Positions 6,337 through 15,985 of a stretch of DNA of 38,759 nucleotides are shown in pieces. The notes under the pieces were generated by a model. That model was not told the DNA's origin, searched no databases, and saw only the letters and a program-made list of their open reading frames with translations. Location of the stretch: positions 1 through 38,759 of the IMG/VR virus record IMGVR_UViG_3300038956_000256. One strand, 5' to 3'. Made by a program: the position numbers and the translations under genes. This stretch comes from a virus. Position 1 is the first letter of the stretch, and each line of letters opens with the position of its first letter.

Positions 6337-8976
6337 TCAGTCCTCTAAATTATCGCTATCGGTCGCCCTCTTTCCTGCTTTCACGCAGGCGAGTATTTTA
6401 TCTTTAAGCCTCTTCCCTCTAGGTGCTGAGAAATCTGGTCCGACCGCGTCGCGGAGTGTCGTTTTATAATAATCATGTGTTCCCGTGAAAATCACATGGT
6501 CAAATTCAGGCTTCCCATCGCGTTTTTTCATCAATAACCTGTCTCGTTTTTCCTGAAGTTCCTTTACCGTATGCGATCTTTCGATTTCAACTTCAATCCC
6601 GATTACAGTTTCGTTAGCAGTCCCCTGGTTGAAGACTAGCTTAACGTCTACTTCCTGCCCTGTGCCGTAGTCGTCAGTAGTTGCGACTGCTCCCATTAAT
6701 GAGCATTCGCCTGCTAGAGCGCAGGCGAAGAGGTAATGTTCCTTTGTCTGGTTTTTGATGTGCCCGTCCTCATTTTCGAGCCCGACTTCAACATAAACCG
6801 TCTTTTTTCCAGCCTGGAATGGATGGTCGAATTGCTCCATTTCGTAGCCGGGTACCCGTATAACCTGATTAAGGTTAATACCAACCAGCCAGTCTTTTAA
6901 AAATACTTTATGTTTATCCTTTACCCACTGTACTCTTTTATCCAGGCTGAATCCAGCCGACTGCTCTGTATTCTCAGAATCAACTTTCAACGATTTCCCA
7001 AAGATTACCCTCTCATCATCTGGTGTAAGTGAATTGAAATAGTTTATACGCGTGTCTCCGATGATCAGGAGGCCCTTTCCTTTTCCTTTCGCTTTAAGTC
7101 TCCTTATGTCGTTTCTAGTGAGGTTAAATTCTTTAACTAGGGGTTTGATGTTATAGGCCGACATGTTAGAAAGCAGGAGCACGTAGTCGGAATTTGTTTT
7201 CATCATGTTTATCATCTCTGGGGGCACGCCTGCTAGGTCTTGGAATACTATTTTAAGATGACCTCCAAAACTGCGAAGCTCTCTGAACATCCTTTCGATT
7301 ACGTGTCGCATCCGTGGAATTTTAACCAGGTTTGCGCCCTCGTCCAAGGTAATGAAAATATGTTTTTTAACCTGCCCCTTCGGGACACATTGGATCTTTG
7401 TGTTAATGATCCCTGTTATAAGCAGGATCATCGCGTCCTGGATATGAGGGGTATCAATGAGCTCGGAAAGGTCAACCATTGTAAATCTATTCCTAAGCTT
7501 TAGGATGTTGTTATTTACAAGGAAACCGTAAGGCCCTTTCTTGGTTATCATGGTTGTATTGTTATAGATTGCAGCAAGGACAGAATTCACATGAGGAGCT
7601 TTGTGCTCATCGTCTTGCATCCACTCATATATGAGAGCCCGCCAGTCGTCGAAGTTAGGCCAGAAGTTGCCATCTTCCCATTTGTCAAGGTTGATGACGT
7701 TTCCGTTGTCGTCTATCACTCCTCGCCTGTGGTATAACTCTACCAGCGAGCTATATACCCAATTTCTCTGAGGGTCTGAAAAACTGTCACCAATTAGGAG
7801 CCCGATGACATCAGGCAAAAGAGACATATGTTTAGAAAACGCAAGCTGGTAGGATCCTAATGAGGTATCCATTCTTTCCGGATCAAAGAAGACCTGGAAC
7901 ATGTTAGGGTTAGAGTCAGCATCTTGTGCTCCCGCCCGCTTATGCCCGATCTTAATAAGCTGCCCACCAAGTTCTTTACATACATTAATGTGGTTTGTGT
8001 CTTCGTCAGCTTTCGGGACTATATGGAAAGCCTCGTCTCCCATCTCAAGAACTCTTTTATCGTCCTTAAGAAGCTCAGTCGACTTCCCGGACCCCGACTT
8101 CCCGATTACTATAGCATGACCTGAGACCAGGCTTCCGTCTTTGAAATTCAGGAAAATTGGGTTATTTGTATCCTCATTGATCCCTAGCCAGTGGCCCGAC
8201 TTCGCTAGCCTCGGGTTTTTATTTCTTAACGGGCTGGTCCTGGCGACCATTTCGCCTGTTGTGGTCGAGAGTAACCTTTCTTTTACAAACGGCGTCGGCA
8301 TCATCATATAATATGCATCGACTTGTCCATATTCTATAATTTCATGTATTACCCTCTTACCGTCCAGGAGAGCAATAATCAGGCTCATAAGGTCGTCTAC
8401 GTCTTTTGTAGTCTTCCCCTTTACCGCAACCAGGAGCGAGAATTCAAACATTCTCATACGGCCCTCGAATACTGCCCGGTTATACTCGTTTATTCCCTCA
8501 GCTATGTAATCTATAATTTTATCGTGAATATTTTTAAAGACGCCATCGTTTTCTGATTCCTGCATTGCAGCCGCCAGGATGTTTTCTCGCCTGGCGTTCT
8601 CTAATGCTTCGATCTCGTCTCGTGGAGGCAGGGGTATAGCAGTCTGCGTAATTCCTATGCAGGCATTTTCCCCAGTCGGAATGTCTAGCAGGTCGTCGAT
8701 AAGCCTAAGATCCTTTCTAGGGGGTATTCCCTGCCTATTAGGATTAATTGGACTTGGATCTCCTACGCTTATAATCTGCATATAGCAGCCGTCAGCGTAT
8801 AGATACCGCCCTCCCCATTTTGGCTTAAAAACAGTAGGAGAAAGGGACAGGACGAGCCGCCTGTCGATCTCCTCAAACTGTTTATACCAGTTTTTAACGT
8901 CTAAAAAACATTTGAATTCAGCCCAGCTTCTCTTTATGGACTTTGGAAGGATCTTATGCATTATTTGAATACTCAT
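6337..8976 (-). CDS. virB4: VirB4/TraC-like secretion ATPase with a C-terminal nuclease-like extension
   Basis: 879 aa; Walker A IGKSGSGKS, Walker B ITLDEGAN, FRELRSFGG and FQDLA motifs typical of VirB4/HerA-FtsK; C-terminal EVDVKL...IGIEVEIERS. Confidence 0.85.
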   Translation of the reverse strand: MSIQIMHKILPKSIKRSWAEFKCFLDVKNWYKQFEEIDRRLVLSLSPTVFKPKWGGRYLYADGCYMQIISVGDPSPINPNRQGIPPRKDLRLIDDLLDIPTGENACIGITQTAIPLPPRDEIEALENARRENILAAAMQESENDGVFKNIHDKIIDYIAEGINEYNRAVFEGRMRMFEFSLLVAVKGKTTKDVDDLMSLIIALLDGKRVIHEIIEYGQVDAYYMMMPTPFVKERLLSTTTGEMVARTSPLRNKNPRLAKSGHWLGINEDTNNPIFLNFKDGSLVSGHAIVIGKSGSGKSTELLKDDKRVLEMGDEAFHIVPKADEDTNHINVCKELGGQLIKIGHKRAGAQDADSNPNMFQVFFDPERMDTSLGSYQLAFSKHMSLLPDVIGLLIGDSFSDPQRNWVYSSLVELYHRRGVIDDNGNVINLDKWEDGNFWPNFDDWRALIYEWMQDDEHKAPHVNSVLAAIYNNTTMITKKGPYGFLVNNNILKLRNRFTMVDLSELIDTPHIQDAMILLITGIINTKIQCVPKGQVKKHIFITLDEGANLVKIPRMRHVIERMFRELRSFGGHLKIVFQDLAGVPPEMINMMKTNSDYVLLLSNMSAYNIKPLVKEFNLTRNDIRRLKAKGKGKGLLIIGDTRINYFNSLTPDDERVIFGKSLKVDSENTEQSAGFSLDKRVQWVKDKHKVFLKDWLVGINLNQVIRVPGYEMEQFDHPFQAGKKTVYVEVGLENEDGHIKNQTKEHYLFACALAGECSLMGAVATTDDYGTGQEVDVKLVFNQGTANETVIGIEVEIERSHTVKELQEKRDRLLMKKRDGKPEFDHVIFTGTHDYYKTTLRDAVGPDFSAPRGKRLKDKILACVKAGKRATDSDNLED

Positions 8977-9863
8977 ACAGTAACCACCCCTATATTTTTC
9001 ATGCTCCGCATTTGCTTCGTTATCAATTCGTACTCGTAAGGCGAGGTAATTAGCCTTGACTCAATACCGGAATTTTCGAGAAATAGCTGGTAAGATTTTA
9101 TTACCCTGGATACTTCCAGGTTAGCTTTTTCTTCATCTGTATAATAGCCAGTACCGAGGAAAATAAAATAAGCCCAATTAACCCGCCCAGATAGACTTTG
9201 TAAAAATTGTTTTGTGTAAAAAAGCCCGACTCTCTCGGCAGGTCCCAGCTCCTCTGGTGGTAATTTGAGCCTTTCCTCGTATTGCTCGGCTATGTCGCTC
9301 ATGTCCTGGCTCTGAATCGTGTGGTATTTCTGCAGGATACCAGGCTGCAGGCTGTATAGAAGCAGTGCAGTGTTCTCGTTAAATTCATCGAGGTCCTGTA
9401 CGTTCTGGGGATTGACTACGAAAATAACCCCTGTGTTACACTTGTATCTTTTGTATATTGTCAGGATCTTAAACCAAATTATGCCGAGCTCAGACATTTT
9501 CTTAACTTTTACGTGCTCGTCGATGTCTTTGTCGCTTGTTTTTTTATCATCATGTTTATAAACGAAATCTTTTCTCATTATCCATCTATACAAAAAGTCT
9601 AAGAAATTACCGACTTTATAGAAGACCGCGTCGTCTTTTAAGCAGATCCAAACAGTAGCAGTAACCACCAATCCGAGTCCGATATAAAAATGAAGTAGAT
9701 AATTATCATACCCGTAAACTCGATATATCTCTCTTGCACGGCTCGCGAGCTCCAGGTCTAAAAAAGCAGTCCCAGCTGAAATCAGGAACTTTTTAGATTT
9801 TTCCCTGGTCCCTGAGAGCCCCGTGTAAGCCTTCTTCAACGTCGCTGGGGGTGCGTTGGTCAT
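8973..9863 (-). CDS. Membrane protein upstream of VirB4 (VirB3/PrgI-like by position)
   Basis: N-terminal TM segments then a soluble domain; stop overlaps the virB4 start. Confidence 0.6.
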   Translation of the reverse strand: MTNAPPATLKKAYTGLSGTREKSKKFLISAGTAFLDLELASRAREIYRVYGYDNYLLHFYIGLGLVVTATVWICLKDDAVFYKVGNFLDFLYRWIMRKDFVYKHDDKKTSDKDIDEHVKVKKMSELGIIWFKILTIYKRYKCNTGVIFVVNPQNVQDLDEFNENTALLLYSLQPGILQKYHTIQSQDMSDIAEQYEERLKLPPEELGPAERVGLFYTKQFLQSLSGRVNWAYFIFLGTGYYTDEEKANLEVSRVIKSYQLFLENSGIESRLITSPYEYELITKQMRSMKNIGVVTV

Positions 9864-9876
9864 TTAATAAGCCTCC

Positions 9877-10827
9877 TTATGCGATTTTTGCGAACCCTAC
9901 AACTGACCTTAATGTGTTAGGACTAAACAATTTTATCCATATCGGGCAAGTGAGTGCTATGAAACAAATTAAAAACATTAAGATAGCTAGACCTCCGTAT
10001 ACTACCATATCAACGAGGAACCCGAAGCCTCCGTCTAAGGTATAACCGACAGTTTCAGTTAACAGACTAACTAAAACTGGCTGGACAAATACCTGGACCG
10101 CCACGTATTCTAGAATTAAAATTCCTACCCATCGTGTCTTTTTCCATGCGAGCATTATACCTAGATAATACCAATATCTTGACGCAAAAAGCAGTATAGC
10201 CGTCCTTATCGACATGTAAATTTTAAGGCCCTTAGCAGATAACCCAAAAATTATATAATTAGGGAGGTTATCTGAAGAGACGATCACCTGATCGAGGACA
10301 GAAGTATCCATCCGGCCAACCCAGTTATTACAGAGCCAAAACATACCGATTAAGATCCCTGGGCCGCAAAAGAACCATAAGGCGAGGTTTATTCCCGTTT
10401 TAAACACGTCCTTCGGCTCGTAATATGTCGCTCTGCCGTGGAAAAATTCTGTTATTCCCCCGGCTGCATCCGGGTCTAAAATCTGCACTAATGCAAGCAG
10501 AGCGACAATAATAACCAGGATTTTCGCCAAAATAATAAAAATTTGTATTGTCTCTTTCTGGGTTTTCTGGAAGGTTTCATCCTCTAATATTGTTATTGGA
10601 GAGGCTATGAAATCGAAAACGCCGACTCTCGCTTCATCGCCGGTATTGTTTGAACTTACGAGCTTTGAGTCCTTGACCAGCCCGTCCGCTTGTTTTGTAA
10701 CCCAGTCATCAAAGGCCCCGCTGATTATTCCTTTGAGAGCTGCAGTGTTATCGTCGTCTGCAGCCATGACCGGGACGACTGAAAAAGAAAATAAAAAAAT
10801 AATACCGAAGATGGGAAGCAGTCGCAT
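9877..10827 (-). CDS. Polytopic membrane protein (VirB6-like by topology and position)
   Basis: Signal peptide plus about 6 TM helices; in the virB4 operon. Confidence 0.6.
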   Translation of the reverse strand: MRLLPIFGIIFLFSFSVVPVMAADDDNTAALKGIISGAFDDWVTKQADGLVKDSKLVSSNNTGDEARVGVFDFIASPITILEDETFQKTQKETIQIFIILAKILVIIVALLALVQILDPDAAGGITEFFHGRATYYEPKDVFKTGINLALWFFCGPGILIGMFWLCNNWVGRMDTSVLDQVIVSSDNLPNYIIFGLSAKGLKIYMSIRTAILLFASRYWYYLGIMLAWKKTRWVGILILEYVAVQVFVQPVLVSLLTETVGYTLDGGFGFLVDMVVYGGLAILMFLICFIALTCPIWIKLFSPNTLRSVVGFAKIA

Positions 10828-10843
10828 CGTTTCCGCTCTCCTT

Positions 10844-11230
10844 TTATGTTATGTAGAAGACAAAGTCGATAATCATTAAGGCAACTTTCATATAAACTAT
10901 AATTTTTACGACCTTAACGAGTCCTTCCTGAGCTGATAGCTCGTCCCTTATTGCTCTCGGGTCTCTTTTCCCGTGAACAATGTTGACGATAACAAGCAAG
11001 GTACAATAAAGAGCGACGATAATAGCCGCGATATAAACCAGATAGTTGACTATATCCAAGAAATCTAGGAGATAGCCAAACAAATTAAACTGGGTTAATT
11101 TATTGTACCCGTTCACTGCGTCGGGTTGGATATACACCGACGTGCCATTCTGCGAGACTGCAGCCGAAGCTGTGCTCGCCAAACCTGCCAGGGACAACCA
11201 GGCAGCCGTAAATACTTGTTTAGTTTTCAT
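10844..11230 (-). CDS. VirB2/TrbC-like pilin candidate
   Basis: 128 aa; signal peptide ending ASA-A followed by two TM helices joined by a basic loop; first gene of the operon. Confidence 0.55.
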   Translation of the reverse strand: MKTKQVFTAAWLSLAGLASTASAAVSQNGTSVYIQPDAVNGYNKLTQFNLFGYLLDFLDIVNYLVYIAAIIVALYCTLLVIVNIVHGKRDPRAIRDELSAQEGLVKVVKIIVYMKVALMIIDFVFYIT

Positions 11231-11260
11231 ATAAATCCAATATGTCTCGGAAGTATATAA

Positions 11261-11292
11261 ATTTTAGTGTTCTTTATATACAACACTAAAAT
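11261..11292. promoter_or_regulatory. Palindromic operator around a TATA-like core, upstream of the pilin/VirB4 operon
   Basis: ATTTTAGTGTT-ctttatatac-AACACTAAAAT (perfect 11-bp arms, 10-bp spacer); extra half-sites near 11296 and 11304. Confidence 0.75.
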
Positions 11293-11372
11293 AAGAACAC
11301 TTAAACACTATCAGAAGAAATAATAAAAGAAAAGAGTATGTAATTTATTCGGATAAACTACATACTTAAAAA

Positions 11373-13268
11373 TTAAAAAACGATTTTTAAGAGTTGGTAT
11401 AAAGCAAAGAGAGTCAGGCAGATTTTAAGGATCACAATAATATTCTCGAAGCTTAGGAGCCTCTGAGCTTTGTACTCATGTAGGAAATACTCTGACTCTG
11501 TTGGGATCTCCTCGTATATCGTATATGCTCTGATCTTTAGTTTATCCTGTTCGAATTCTCCTTCAATATACAAGCCGTCTCCGAAGTGGTCGAGATCTCC
11601 GTCCCAATAATTGACCTCTGTTATGTTTGTGTGAATTATACCGTTATCCCCTCTTATGCGTTCTCCGATCTCTAAAACATTCTTTACCGTCTTCCCGTTA
11701 TATTCATACTCTACCCTCTGCAGGCCCTCCGGAACCGAGGGGTAAGGTGCGACCGTGGTATAATTTTTAATTCCTATGTGTTGATCTATTCGGAAATTTA
11801 CTTTATCAGGTCGAGGAAGGACCGCCGGAGCTGGTACCCGCTTCGCCTCGAAGACTTCCTTAGTAGTCTTTAGCTTTTTAACCTTCTCCCCTTTTGAGTT
11901 TTTGCTGCTTACGGTATAGTGCATTGTTACGGTCATTTTCGCGTATGCTTCCCCGTTTTCGATCCCTTTCTCGATCTGCTTTTCTATCCCGTTGACCCCA
12001 GCATTAAAGAAAGTATTGGCTGGTGAAGGCATGGCGATCGCTTTAACGAGTACGCTTTCGTTATCCGGGATGTAAGGCACGCCGTTTTTATAAACGACGT
12101 CGGCGAAGCCTGCGATAGTTATACCTCCTCTTATCTTCCCTTTGTCCCTTTCCTCTACTGGTATTTTGATACTATCCTCGGTTTGGTTATATCTTGCATT
12201 ATCGACGAAATCGATGTTAAGGATCTCAAGAAGACCCCCAAAGACTTTTTCCGTCATTTCGACACTCGGCTGGTTCTCGAAGGATATGTCGCCGACTGGA
12301 ATACCCATAGTTATTAGTTCTTCAGCATTGACAAACTTGTTATCATGTATATACACGTTTTCCCCGCCATGGTACCAAATAGCACGGAGCCCAGGATCAG
12401 AGAAAACGTTGTTAAAAACTTCAATATTTTTTGTTTTGAATGGTTTATTTCTTGCATCGTACCCGTGTGAGACTCCCGCGTTCCCGATCTGCAATCCGTT
12501 GTGCCCGCCCTTATACGCTCCGTAACTGTCCCCTGTGTATGCGAAAAAAATGTTATCGTGTATTTTGCAGTTCTGACAGTTATCGAGCCTGGCGCAGTCG
12601 CTTGTTATACCAGCAATCTTATTTTTATATATTGTACCATTTAGCACACAGGAAAAGAAAATACCTTCATGCTGGCAGTTTGATATGAAATTATTATAAC
12701 ATGCGACTCCCTTAGAAAATCTAATATAAATTCCGTCGCTAAAGGCATTATACAGCTTCATATCATGTATTTTGATATTGCTTCCAAAATTGCTTTGCCA
12801 ACCGCCGAACAAAATAAGTTTTTCGCAGTCGTGTCGCGTGTCGCTTCTTGAATTCGCGTAACTTCGAGGTAGGTTTCCAATGTTGCCGTCAATTTGGAAA
12901 CCTGATATTTCGACATTATGCACAGACTCCCTAGGGTTGCATATTACCCCGATCTGGCCCGTGAACCATTGCGAAGAAGTGGGTGCTACCCTTATAATCG
13001 CGTTTGGGTCTCCGGTAAGATGAATATTTGATTTTATAATTACTGGACCATCTACGAGATAGACACCAGGGTTAAGATAGACAGTACCGCCGCCGTTCTC
13101 GCTTGCTTCTTCAATCGCTTTGTTGATAACGTCCTGGTCGTTTGTAGCTCCCGTCGGGCTTACGATGTAATCACCTGCAGCCGACGCAGTCCCTGTAAAA
13201 AACCCTGAAAAAAATAAAGACGACAAATATAAGAATAAAATAAATGTTTCCCGGAGACTCATAAACAT
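11373..13268 (-). CDS. Secreted, C-terminally anchored right-handed beta-helix protein (disaggregatase/pectate-lyase-like)
   Basis: Signal peptide; DQDVINKAI...TVYLNPGVY start; parallel beta-helix repeats (IHDMKLYNAFSDGIYI, NNFISNCQHEGIFF); C-terminal TM helix. Confidence 0.75.
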   Translation of the reverse strand: MFMSLRETFILFLYLSSLFFSGFFTGTASAAGDYIVSPTGATNDQDVINKAIEEASENGGGTVYLNPGVYLVDGPVIIKSNIHLTGDPNAIIRVAPTSSQWFTGQIGVICNPRESVHNVEISGFQIDGNIGNLPRSYANSRSDTRHDCEKLILFGGWQSNFGSNIKIHDMKLYNAFSDGIYIRFSKGVACYNNFISNCQHEGIFFSCVLNGTIYKNKIAGITSDCARLDNCQNCKIHDNIFFAYTGDSYGAYKGGHNGLQIGNAGVSHGYDARNKPFKTKNIEVFNNVFSDPGLRAIWYHGGENVYIHDNKFVNAEELITMGIPVGDISFENQPSVEMTEKVFGGLLEILNIDFVDNARYNQTEDSIKIPVEERDKGKIRGGITIAGFADVVYKNGVPYIPDNESVLVKAIAMPSPANTFFNAGVNGIEKQIEKGIENGEAYAKMTVTMHYTVSSKNSKGEKVKKLKTTKEVFEAKRVPAPAVLPRPDKVNFRIDQHIGIKNYTTVAPYPSVPEGLQRVEYEYNGKTVKNVLEIGERIRGDNGIIHTNITEVNYWDGDLDHFGDGLYIEGEFEQDKLKIRAYTIYEEIPTESEYFLHEYKAQRLLSFENIIVILKICLTLFALYQLLKIVF

Positions 13269-13290
13269 TTAGACGTCGGAAAGTTATTTA

Positions 13291-13322
13291 AATTTAGTGT
13301 TGTTTAAATATATCATTAAAAT
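13291..13322. promoter_or_regulatory. Second copy of the 11261 operator, in a divergent promoter
   Basis: AATTTAGTGTT-gtttaaatat-ATCATTAAAAT, same 11+10+11 geometry, also preceded by TCGGAA. Confidence 0.65.
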
Positions 13323-13339
13323 GTGGAGGTTCAAATCTC

Positions 13340-13699
13340 TTGAATAGATACATAAAAGCGTTATTGGTTGCGGCCCTCCTTATTTCCCTGGTAGGTGCTG
13401 CGAGTGAAAAGACTGAAACCGGACAGAGTGCAGAGAAGATAAATTATACTGTTAAAAATCCGGTCCGTGATACTGTCGAGATAGTCCAGGATGAGGAGAA
13501 GCTTAAACAGGCCATAAAGGACAAGGTGAAAGAGAAAGCTAATAATATAAGCGTGCCTCGGGAAAGCGGGCAGATTATAAACGCTCGGGCTGCCTGCACT
13601 CAGCTAGTAGATAAGGCGAAGGACTACAGCAGCTCAGGGATAGGAATACCCAAGGGGGCAAATAACAGCACCCAGAAAAATAATACGAGCTCAAAATAG
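13340..13699 (+). CDS. Secreted hypothetical protein
   Basis: Signal peptide MNRYIKALLVAALLISLVGAA; GGAGGT RBS, TTG start. Confidence 0.7.
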   Translation: MNRYIKALLVAALLISLVGAASEKTETGQSAEKINYTVKNPVRDTVEIVQDEEKLKQAIKDKVKEKANNISVPRESGQIINARAACTQLVDKAKDYSSSGIGIPKGANNSTQKNNTSSK

Positions 13700-13797
13700 T
13701 AACGAAATGATGGAATTAAAAAAGTTTACTGGAACTTAATTAATATGACAATTTCCGAGAATGGAGAGATACTTTTTTAACTCTTATTTTCTTTTTG

Positions 13798-13915
13798 AAA
13801 TGACAACCTTTTATTATAAAATGTTGTCTTTTTGCCTTTTCAGATCCCTAAAAAATACCCGAAATGTAGAGGTTTAACCTCGAAAAGACAACCTTTTAAT
13901 ATAATGTTGTCTTTT
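13798..13915. repeat. Two direct copies of a palindromic site upstream of the recombinase gene
   Basis: GACAAC-cttttattataaaat-GTTGTC (13802-13828) and AAAAGACAAC-cttttaatataat-GTTGTCTTTT (13883-13915). Confidence 0.8.
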
Positions 13916-13939
13916 AATATGTATGGAGGTTATGAGGTG

Positions 13940-14563
13940 ATGCGGTCCTTTACATCTTACCGAGAAGAAGAGAGAGAAGCGAGAAGCGGAGCTATGGAAA
14001 ACGGGCTCATTACTGCGGACGGCACGAAGGTCTTAACCGTCGAAGAGTTTGATAAGTTCCTGCAGGCTGTCCCGGAAAAAAAACGGGTAATCTTTGAGCT
14101 AAACACTATTACAGGGCTGCGTTATATTGAACTTCAGCGACTCTATGATAACCCGGAATGGTACTATAAAAGCAGAAATCAGATTATCTTGCCAGCAGCA
14201 GCTCAGAAAAAGGTTAAACAGAAACTCCCAAAAAGGACAGTGGATAGGCTGCCATCTACATTTCATTATATGTTTAAGGATTTTATTGAAGGTCCTAAAC
14301 CGCCAGAACGGATATCATGGTATAGAAGCCTAGAAAGGTGGTCAAAATGGGCAGGGATTAAGCCTAAAGTTGGGCCTAAGACACCGAGGAAAACGATTGA
14401 GAGCTGGATGTTAAAAGCCGGAATCCCTGAAATAGAAATATATTCCAGACAAGGGCATGATCCGGTTACATCTTTAAGGCATTATCAGAGTTTATCGTTT
14501 ACTGATTACGAAATGAGAGACATAAGAAAAAGGCTTACCGAATGGGGAATACTCGGAGGTTAA
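13940..14563 (+). CDS. Tyrosine recombinase (DNA breaking-rejoining fold), essentially catalytic domain only
   Basis: TGLRY (R), KTPRKT (K-x-x-R in place of H-x-x-R), QGHD and RHY catalytic residues; GGAGGT/GAGGTG RBS favours ATG 13940 over the 13832 ORF start. Confidence 0.85.
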   Translation: MRSFTSYREEEREARSGAMENGLITADGTKVLTVEEFDKFLQAVPEKKRVIFELNTITGLRYIELQRLYDNPEWYYKSRNQIILPAAAQKKVKQKLPKRTVDRLPSTFHYMFKDFIEGPKPPERISWYRSLERWSKWAGIKPKVGPKTPRKTIESWMLKAGIPEIEIYSRQGHDPVTSLRHYQSLSFTDYEMRDIRKRLTEWGILGG

Positions 14564-14628
14564 GCCGGATGAGGATAAAAAAGAAATTTCCCCCGCGTAA
14601 ATTAGAAAACGTTAACAGGTGAGACATA

Positions 14629-14883
14629 ATGAGTAAAATTGAAGTTAAATATAAGACCAGATCCTCCGGGCTCGTTGTTATGCCTAAAGAGTCAATGGAA
14701 GAGGCAGAGAACCTAGTTAAATATTTAAAGCAGCTCTCGGGCTTTGAGGTGCTCGGGATCTTTATAAATGATAAGCTCGTCGAGGGATCTAAGCCCGAGA
14801 AAAAAGAAGAGTGGAAGAAACAGAAAAGAACCGCCAGCCTGGACGAGTATAAAATAGAGTTTCCAAAATGGTGCTATCAATGA
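14629..14883 (+). CDS. Hypothetical protein
   Basis: 84-aa ORF with AGGTGA RBS. Confidence 0.7.
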   Translation: MSKIEVKYKTRSSGLVVMPKESMEEAENLVKYLKQLSGFEVLGIFINDKLVEGSKPEKKEEWKKQKRTASLDEYKIEFPKWCYQ

Positions 14884-15029
14884 ACCCCTTTAAAAAAAGG
14901 TGTAATTACTGGAGCGTCTGCTGGCACCGAGACGATGATAGCCCTACATGTAATTGCTACCAGGAAGCCTCGGGATACTGTGGAACCTGTAAAGCCCTAG
15001 ATAAGAATAGATTTAAAAAACGTCGGTGA
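14880..15029 (+). CDS. Small Cys-rich protein (49 aa, not in the ORF track)
   Basis: ATGA overlap; MNPFKKRCNYWSVCWHRDDDSPTCNCYQEASGYCGTCKALDKNRFKKRR. Confidence 0.65.
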   Translation: MNPFKKRCNYWSVCWHRDDDSPTCNCYQEASGYCGTCKALDKNRFKKRR

Positions 15030-15096
15030 TTTCCACCATTTCTTTTTTTCTTCCTCTTTGTTTTCTCCTGGTGCTGTTTTTGGGGAAATCGACCCT

Positions 15097-15981
15097 TTAG
15101 TTTTCGATTCCCAGCTTTAGTTTAAGGAGCCTTTTCTCGATGTCTTCCTGCAGAATAAATTTATCGATTGTATATTTTTCTTTAAACTTCGAGATATCTG
15201 CCAGGCCTTTTATAATAACATCCGGGTCGAGCTCGGTGTCCTGGTCCCTGAGCTTTGAGAAATCCCGGTTTTCGTAGACTAAAGCCTGGTCTATCTCCCT
15301 GGTTATCGGAATAGGCCACATACTAGACCTACAATGAAAATGTAGAGGGGGCCGGTATTGGCCGGAGCTCTCAGAGTCAGTATAAAATATTGTGCCGTGT
15401 AGCATCTGACATTGAATAGTTGTTTTCTCGTCGAGCTTTGCCCGGAATTCCCAGGCCCTTATTTTATGCTGTCTGTATCTGTGAAGGGTTGAGTTATTAG
15501 CGACGTCCGCAGAAAACGTCCTGGCGAATCTTACGGCCCTGTATTTTTCCCCGTCCCATAGTTCCATAATTCTTTTTGCTAGCTGGTTGGGGTGCTCCTG
15601 ATAAATCCCTTCTTCTTTCAATAATATGACAATAGACTCGACTATCTGCTCGGCGAGTTCTACTGACAGCCTGACTAGCTCCTCAGTAAGAGGTAAGACC
15701 TCGGAAGCTGCAGACATATATGAACGGCTGAGTTTTGCCCGTGTAGCTGCCGAGGCTTCGCCGGTTATCTGTTTATCTGCGTAGTCGACGGCTAGGAGGA
15801 CTAGGTCGTCGAGTATCTTGTCGAGCTGTACCCGAAAGGTAGCACTCCTAAACTGATTCTTAACCTTTGCAAGGAGAGCCGGAGCTGCTGCACCCTTAAA
15901 GCCCTTCTTAATTGTCCTATCAAAAAGAGAAACATACCGAGATTCTAGTTTATATATCTCGGGGGAGTGGAGCAGGTTCAT
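15097..15981 (-). CDS. SPP1 gp7/Mu gpF-like head morphogenesis protein
   Basis: RAVRFARTFS...WEFRAKLDEKTTIQCQMLHG...YRPPLHFHCRS motif. Confidence 0.85.
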   Translation of the reverse strand: MNLLHSPEIYKLESRYVSLFDRTIKKGFKGAAAPALLAKVKNQFRSATFRVQLDKILDDLVLLAVDYADKQITGEASAATRAKLSRSYMSAASEVLPLTEELVRLSVELAEQIVESIVILLKEEGIYQEHPNQLAKRIMELWDGEKYRAVRFARTFSADVANNSTLHRYRQHKIRAWEFRAKLDEKTTIQCQMLHGTIFYTDSESSGQYRPPLHFHCRSSMWPIPITREIDQALVYENRDFSKLRDQDTELDPDVIIKGLADISKFKEKYTIDKFILQEDIEKRLLKLKLGIEN

Positions 15982-15985
15982 GGTT

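Noticed and set aside
13697-13779. Pyrrolysine (UAG) read-through extending the 13340 gene
   Set aside because: The TAG is followed immediately by TAA
13832-13939. N-terminal 36 codons of the recombinase ORF given in the track
   Set aside because: They overlap the palindromic promoter sites; the strong RBS points to ATG 13940
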